Origin: a virus | Taxonomy: Duplodnaviria; Caudoviricetes | IMG/VR virus record: IMGVR_UViG_3300046804_003859 | Location: 216 to 64,215 of that record | Strand: one strand, 5' to 3' | Length of the DNA stretch: 64,000 bases | Shown here: in pieces, positions 58,850-64,000 of the stretch | Numbering within the stretch: position 1 is the stretch's first letter | Layout: each line of letters starts with the position of its first letter | The notes under the pieces: model-generated | Database searches by the model: none | The model's input: the letters and a program-made list of their open reading frames with translations, nothing else | What the model was told of the DNA's origin: nothing | Translations under genes and position numbers: made by a program

Positions 58850-59746
58850 ATGGCATTAGACTTCTCTGCCCTGAAAAAGGGCCGTGGTAATTTCGACTCT
58901 TTAATGAAAGAAGTTGAAAAGATCGCCACACCTCAAACTCAAGAAGCACAAAAAGATGATCGTTTCTGGTCTTTAGAAGTAGATAAAGCTGGAAATGGTT
59001 CTGCAATTATTCGCTTCCTCCCTCCTCCTAAAGGTGAAGACCTACCCTGGGTTCGTATTTGGAACCATGGCTTTCAAGGTCCTACTGGTAAGTGGTATAT
59101 CGAAAACTCTCTTACTACTTTAGGTAAACCTGATCCTGTATCCGAACTTAATACTGAGTTATGGAATTCAGGTACAGAAGCTAACAAAGAGATTGCTCGT
59201 AAGCAAAAGCGTCGTCTGGCTTACATTGCTAACATCTATGTTGTTAAAGACCCAGCTCATCCAGAAAACGAAGGTAAAGTTTTCTTGTATAAGTTTGGTA
59301 AAAAGATCTTTGATAAGATTAAAGATGTTATGCAACCTCAATTTGAGGATGAAGAGCCAATCAATCCTTTTGACTTCTGGAAGGGTGCTAACTTTAAGCT
59401 TAAGGCAAGGAATGTAGAAGGTTATCGTAATTACGATAAGTCTGACTTCGAATCTTCATCACCATTAGCCGAAGATGATGAGATGGAAAAGATTTGGAAT
59501 AGAGAACATTCCCTACAAGAGTTTCTAGATCCTAAGCACTTTAAGTCGTATGAAGAGCTTAAGCAGAAACTTGAGCAAGTTCTTTCGACATCTTCAGCTT
59601 CTACTCCACGAGTAGATAACGTAAGCTTAGAAGAAGATTTTGAAAAGCCTCGTCCTAAGCCAGTAGCTAAGAAGCAACAAGAAGTAGATCTAGATGACGA
59701 TGATGAATCGCTATCTTACTTCGCTAAACTAGCGAACGACGATTAA
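58850..59746 (+). CDS. 32: single-stranded DNA-binding protein gp32
   Basis: DDRFW, GNGSAIIRFLP, HGFQGPTGKWYIENS, FGKKIFDKI, acidic tail. Confidence 0.96.
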   Translation: MALDFSALKKGRGNFDSLMKEVEKIATPQTQEAQKDDRFWSLEVDKAGNGSAIIRFLPPPKGEDLPWVRIWNHGFQGPTGKWYIENSLTTLGKPDPVSELNTELWNSGTEANKEIARKQKRRLAYIANIYVVKDPAHPENEGKVFLYKFGKKIFDKIKDVMQPQFEDEEPINPFDFWKGANFKLKARNVEGYRNYDKSDFESSSPLAEDDEMEKIWNREHSLQEFLDPKHFKSYEELKQKLEQVLSTSSASTPRVDNVSLEEDFEKPRPKPVAKKQQEVDLDDDDESLSYFAKLANDD

Positions 59747-59769
59747 AAAAAGGGCCGAAAGGCCCTTTC
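59746..59769. terminator. bidirectional terminator between convergent blocks
   Basis: AAAAAAGGGCC-gaaa-GGCCCTTT. Confidence 0.85.
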
Positions 59770-59958
59770 TTATTTCTGCTTATTTACTTCGTGACAACCG
59801 TCTTTTTCAGCTGTCTGACCTGGCTTACATGGTCTCTTTACTTGTGGTTTAATAGCAGGTGCTGCAGCCTCTTTTTTAGCAGGAGCTTTTTTAGGAGGAG
59901 CTTCAGCAGCTTGTAGTTGAAAAGATAGTAATGCTAAAGATAGAATTAAATATTTCAT
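59770..59958 (-). CDS. small secreted protein
   Basis: signal peptide MKYLILSLALLSFQLQA; two Cys. Confidence 0.65.
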   Translation of the reverse strand: MKYLILSLALLSFQLQAAEAPPKKAPAKKEAAAPAIKPQVKRPCKPGQTAEKDGCHEVNKQK

Positions 59959-59959
59959 A

Positions 59960-62212
59960 TTAGTATGTGCTTATTCTGGATTGATAACGATCCAAGGCTG
60001 AACCAGTATATTCAGGTCTCGGGGTGGACTTCATAGGTACATATGATGTATTATTGTTGCTACTTGAGTTATTCATAATGACAGGAGCGGATGGCTTTGC
60101 TCTAGATGTCTCTCTATTTAGTTCTGTATTTTCAGTCGTAGCTGTTGCCATATCTGCACCAGTTCTTCTAGCAGGAGCAGGTGTTAGTAAAGCTTCCCTA
60201 TCTGGTTTAGCGCTAGTGCTTTGAAAAGCTCTATAGTTTCTTAAATCTTCAGGGCTATTTGGATCCATATTCCTTTTAGCCATAGCGGTTCTTTCCGCTT
60301 CAGTTACTTCACCTGTAGGTACTTGTCTTGAAGCTATATCTTTAGTACCCTTCATCCTACCTTCAATATCTTCTTTTCTAGGTGTGGGATTATTTTTAAA
60401 GGTTTCTTTTTGATCTTGGGTTAACTGATTAGTGCCTTTACGCATGTATTCAATACGTTTAGCTTCGTCTGTTATCAAGTCACCCTTTTCATCACGCATT
60501 TCTACTTTGTATTCACCATTGCTCTTACCAACAGCCATTTGATACTGATCTTTAGATAACCCGCCAAATAGCTTACGTTCATCAATTTCTTCTGATTTAG
60601 AACCTGTTCCAGTACTAGTTATTTCTTGCTTCTTATCACCACCAAATAGATTACCCCAGTTTTTATAAAGACCGTAAGCGCCTCCAGCTACTCCTCCTAC
60701 AGCACCACCTATAGCAGTACCAACACCGGGTATAACCGAACCGATCATAGCACCCATACCGGCACCAGATAAAGCTTCAGCACCTACGCCTAATGCTCCA
60801 CCAGTCTTTTCATGACCTGCTTCAACTAACTTGTCTGCCCCATACCCTAAAGCCATACCACCAATAGCTCCTAGACCTCCTTTAAGTAATCCAGGACCTG
60901 CAGATTTTAATCCCCCTAATATTCTACTACCTAACCCCGGTTTACCAGGCGCTTTACCTTTACCACCACCTAGTAAATCAGTAGCATTGTCTAATAAACT
61001 ACCTCCACCCCCGCTACCTACATTATCTAACTTACCAGATATCTCATCTAACTTAGTAGTAACATCACCGTAGAATTTTTCTTTCTTTTGCTGAATATTG
61101 TTTTGTTCATCCGTAGCTTCTTTAGGAGCTAAAGAGTCTTTAATATTTTTTACTAAATCTAATTGATCTTTTGTAGTAGTAAGAAGATCTTTTATTAACT
61201 CATTATTTTCTTTAAATGAGTCGGCCATGCTTTCTTGAGCTGAAACTACATTATCTGCTTCTTCATTTTTAGTTTGCTTACCTTCTACTTCTTTTAATTT
61301 TTCTTCACCGGGTTTAGCTTTAGTTTCAAAAAGTTGCTGTTGAGTTTCTTCTTTTTGTTTTTTTAATTGAGCTGTCTCTTCATCACCAAATTCCCCAGCA
61401 TTAGCTTTTTCCATAAGACGCTGGTTAATCTTATCAAGTTCAGATTGCTTTTCTTGATTAATTTTTTTAGTATTAAAGATTTCTTCTTCACGACTCTTTA
61501 AAGCTTCTAGCTCACCTTTATCTTCGGATGTAGGGTCAAAACCAAACTTTTTACTTCTATCTACATCCGCTTGTTTAGACTTAACCTTCTCTTCAAGATC
61601 TTTTTTCTGTCTGAATAAATCGGTACCTTGATCAGTTAATTTACCGCTTTCAATTTCTTCTCTGGTCATGCCAGAGGCAAATTTTCTATTTTGCTTTTTA
61701 TATTCTTCTACAAAACGACCTTCTTCAGCTGTATACCCGGCTTTAGTTTCTGCTATATCGTAGAATGTATCTTTTGCCTTAGTACCTAAATCTTTTATCT
61801 TTTCAATACCACCTTTGACAGCACCCATTGGATTTTTTACAAAATCAAAACCCTTACCCATACCACCAGATAACTTACCAAAGAAAGATTTAGTATCACC
61901 TACTAACTCTTTAATGCTTTCTAAAGCTGTTTTATCTTGCTCAGGTACCTTAATATCAGATAACTTAACATTAAGTTTATCTGCTAAATCTTTAGGTAGA
62001 ACTTTCAGTTGTTCACCATTACCTTTTACAGCATCTTCTATACGTTTTAATGTTTCTTCAGATTTTTTAATTAAATCATTCTGTTTTTTAGTTTCTTCGA
62101 TCTGTGTTTTAATAGGTTCATTGGCATCAGACGGTGCGATGTCTGCCTTAGCAGCATTTTGTTCTTTTAATGTCTTTAGTAGTGTTGCTAATGTGCCTTT
62201 TGAATCATCCAT
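59960..62212 (-). CDS. tape-measure / baseplate hub (gp29-like) protein
   Basis: long coiled coil, Gly-rich GAMIGSVIPGVGTAIGG TM-like region, NNSSSNNNT C-terminus; follows gp26-gp51. Confidence 0.65.
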   Translation of the reverse strand: MDDSKGTLATLLKTLKEQNAAKADIAPSDANEPIKTQIEETKKQNDLIKKSEETLKRIEDAVKGNGEQLKVLPKDLADKLNVKLSDIKVPEQDKTALESIKELVGDTKSFFGKLSGGMGKGFDFVKNPMGAVKGGIEKIKDLGTKAKDTFYDIAETKAGYTAEEGRFVEEYKKQNRKFASGMTREEIESGKLTDQGTDLFRQKKDLEEKVKSKQADVDRSKKFGFDPTSEDKGELEALKSREEEIFNTKKINQEKQSELDKINQRLMEKANAGEFGDEETAQLKKQKEETQQQLFETKAKPGEEKLKEVEGKQTKNEEADNVVSAQESMADSFKENNELIKDLLTTTKDQLDLVKNIKDSLAPKEATDEQNNIQQKKEKFYGDVTTKLDEISGKLDNVGSGGGGSLLDNATDLLGGGKGKAPGKPGLGSRILGGLKSAGPGLLKGGLGAIGGMALGYGADKLVEAGHEKTGGALGVGAEALSGAGMGAMIGSVIPGVGTAIGGAVGGVAGGAYGLYKNWGNLFGGDKKQEITSTGTGSKSEEIDERKLFGGLSKDQYQMAVGKSNGEYKVEMRDEKGDLITDEAKRIEYMRKGTNQLTQDQKETFKNNPTPRKEDIEGRMKGTKDIASRQVPTGEVTEAERTAMAKRNMDPNSPEDLRNYRAFQSTSAKPDREALLTPAPARRTGADMATATTENTELNRETSRAKPSAPVIMNNSSSNNNTSYVPMKSTPRPEYTGSALDRYQSRISTY

Positions 62213-62356
62213 TTACGTATTCTTTGCGTTTTGTTTTAACATCTGAAGTTTTTCATTTTCTTTCTTTATATAATCTATTAATAACGAAACATATATTTCC
62301 CTTTCCCAAGGCATCATATTCTCTAATTCAGATAAACTATATTTGTGATGTTGCAT
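62213..62356 (-). CDS. 51: gp51-like baseplate hub assembly protein (frame open up to the gp26 end; likely frameshift partner)
   Basis: NYFTLNFSLMQHHKYSLSELENMMPWEREIYVSLL; missed by ORF track. Confidence 0.85.
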   Translation of the reverse strand: MQHHKYSLSELENMMPWEREIYVSLLIDYIKKENEKLQMLKQNAKNT

Positions 62357-62406
62357 TAATGAAAAATTTAATGTAAAATAGTTAACTAAATTTTCCTGGG
62401 AAAGGG

Positions 62407-63102
62407 TTATACGAAAAAATTAGCTAATCCTTCTAAACGTGATACATTATGCCTACCACATTGGTCGCAATCAGTTTCAATTACTTGAACTACCTTTGGT
62501 GAACTAGTAAAGAAATTTTCTATCTTTTCAAATTGCTGTTTAGTTAAAGAGTTTAAAAATTCTTCAATCTCTTCTTTAGAATAATCTTCTGTACTATAAT
62601 AATTTTCATTATCAAAAATAGCAACGATACTATTAGTTATTAATTCAAAAACTTCGTTAGTATCTTTAGCTGAAAAAATATCTACTACTTCTTCAAATAA
62701 TGGATATGACATTTCAACACCTATACTGTCTGTAACCATTATCTTATTAGAGTGATTCTCATCCTTTTCAATTTTTAAGTCTTCAATATTAAATGTAGTT
62801 TCTATCTTATTACCGCAATCGCAATTTACTACGACCTCTACAACCTCACCAATAGATTTAGATCTTATGTTAAGAAAGATATACTCAATATCAAAGTGAG
62901 GTAATTTAGAAACATTAAGCTTGTTAAACGTACAAGCATCTACTAAATCTTTAACTATTCTACCCGCTTCACTATCATCAGCGCTTGTCATAGTTAAAAG
63001 TACTTTATGTTCTTTAACTAAGAAAGGCCTGTAAGTTATTTTTTGATTCGTTGACGGTAAATTCAATTCATATGTTGGTGTTTCTAAAACTGGTAAAGCC
63101 AT
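62407..63102 (-). CDS. 26: baseplate hub subunit gp26
   Basis: MALPVLETPTYEL, YRPFLVKEHKVLL, FDIEYIFLNIRSKSIGE, CxC/CxxC, LEGLANFF. Confidence 0.92.
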   Translation of the reverse strand: MALPVLETPTYELNLPSTNQKITYRPFLVKEHKVLLTMTSADDSEAGRIVKDLVDACTFNKLNVSKLPHFDIEYIFLNIRSKSIGEVVEVVVNCDCGNKIETTFNIEDLKIEKDENHSNKIMVTDSIGVEMSYPLFEEVVDIFSAKDTNEVFELITNSIVAIFDNENYYSTEDYSKEEIEEFLNSLTKQQFEKIENFFTSSPKVVQVIETDCDQCGRHNVSRLEGLANFFV

Positions 63103-63118
63103 AATTATCTCCTAAAAA

Positions 63119-63847
63119 TCATCCACCTACACCACCAGCGCCTGCGCTAGTATTGTAGCTATCTTCCAATGCTCTATCGTTAGATTGACCAAACAATCTA
63201 GGTCCAACAGAAGGCCTTGGGCTATTATTAATTCTATTATCTATTCTTGGTACCTGAGGTGTATTAATTAATTGAGGAACATCTACTGCTTGATTAGGTT
63301 TACGAGAAACATTACGCCAGTATCTATACGCAAATAACACATTTAACCGATGAGTCTGATTAGATGCACCATGATTAAGATCCATTAAGTTCATATTTCT
63401 TGGAAATGCTTCTATCAATTCTACTTCGTAAGTTACATTATCTTGTTCATCTAATTGACGAATGTTAATAGTTGTTGCATATTCTTCTTGATATCCTATA
63501 GTATAATCATTTCTATCGACTATTAAATGCATCCAATCTTCAAAAAAGTTTCTAACTGCCATGTTTCTGTCAACATGAAAATTTAATGAGATTCCTTCAC
63601 CACCATATTCAGATGCAAATGGTCTTTGATAACTAGGTCCAAATATTTTTTGCGATTTTACTGCAATATTAAGAAGAGGTATACTTGTTTGTTCTACATA
63701 CAAACTAATCAATCTTTGATTATACTTGCTTCCATCTAATCTACTTGGTAACGCAATAATTACTTCAAAACGATTGTTTCTAGCCAGACTGGACTTACCT
63801 AAAACCTCGTTAGTAAAGGTACTTAAATTAAAATTAGACTTTGCCAT
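63119..63847 (-). CDS. 54: baseplate-tail tube initiator gp54-like
   Basis: LARNNRFEV, FFEDWM, YATTINIRQLD, EAFP, FAYRYW tail-tube fold. Confidence 0.8.
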   Translation of the reverse strand: MAKSNFNLSTFTNEVLGKSSLARNNRFEVIIALPSRLDGSKYNQRLISLYVEQTSIPLLNIAVKSQKIFGPSYQRPFASEYGGEGISLNFHVDRNMAVRNFFEDWMHLIVDRNDYTIGYQEEYATTINIRQLDEQDNVTYEVELIEAFPRNMNLMDLNHGASNQTHRLNVLFAYRYWRNVSRKPNQAVDVPQLINTPQVPRIDNRINNSPRPSVGPRLFGQSNDRALEDSYNTSAGAGGVGG

Positions 63848-64000
63848 TAAAATCTTTCCTTGAATCCGCCCAGACTTTTTGTTTGTTAGCGCCTTCAAAT
63901 CGTTCTACTGGAAGTAATGAAGCTGTTACCCAATCAGGATACTTAATTCGTAAAAATCTAGATTCCACTTGTTCGTCTAGATAATGTTTAACGCAATGTT
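63847..64000 (-). CDS. 2: DNA end protector gp2, C-terminal part (truncated by window)
   Basis: CVKHYLDEQVESRFLRIKYPDWVTASLLPVERFEGANKQKVWADSRKDF*. Confidence 0.85.

Noticed and set aside
62170-62376. Plus-strand 68-aa ORF
   Set aside because: It is antisense to the gp51-like frame, which carries the recognisable motif.

Overview
This 64-kb, AT-rich, densely coding window is part of a T4-like (Tevenvirinae/Kyanoviridae-type) myophage genome. The host is probably a betaproteobacterium, judged from the tmRNA tag ANDESYALAA. The T4 core replication set is present (gp45-44-62-regA, gp43, uvsX, gp41, gp61, rnh, dsbA, gp33, gp59, gp32), along with nucleotide metabolism genes (thyX, nrdA/nrdB, thioredoxin, dCMP deaminase) and lysis genes (spanin pair, GH19 endolysin, SleB-like hydrolase). 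Stress and iron genes include rubrerythrin, Hsp20, Dps, ErpA and PhoH. There are three glycan-biosynthesis islands, a late virion/internal-protein block at 22.4-37.8 kb, and a minus-strand tail block (gp2 end, gp54, gp26, gp51, tape-measure/hub). RNA genes are a tRNA-Met(CAT) with mixed initiator/elongator features and a circularly permuted two-piece tmRNA preceded by an unexplained structured element. The top findings are: (1) a candidate programmed -1 frameshift joining gp26 to gp51 directly upstream of the tape-measure-like gene, with a U-UUU-UUC heptamer, 6-nt spacer and 10-bp stimulatory stem, like lambda G/GT; (2) the permuted phage tmRNA; (3) a late block whose proteins carry T4 capsid-targeting-like N-termini, including an RNA-ligase-like and an HxGH nucleotidyltransferase that may be injected with the DNA. 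All calls come from motif reading by eye; no database searches were run.
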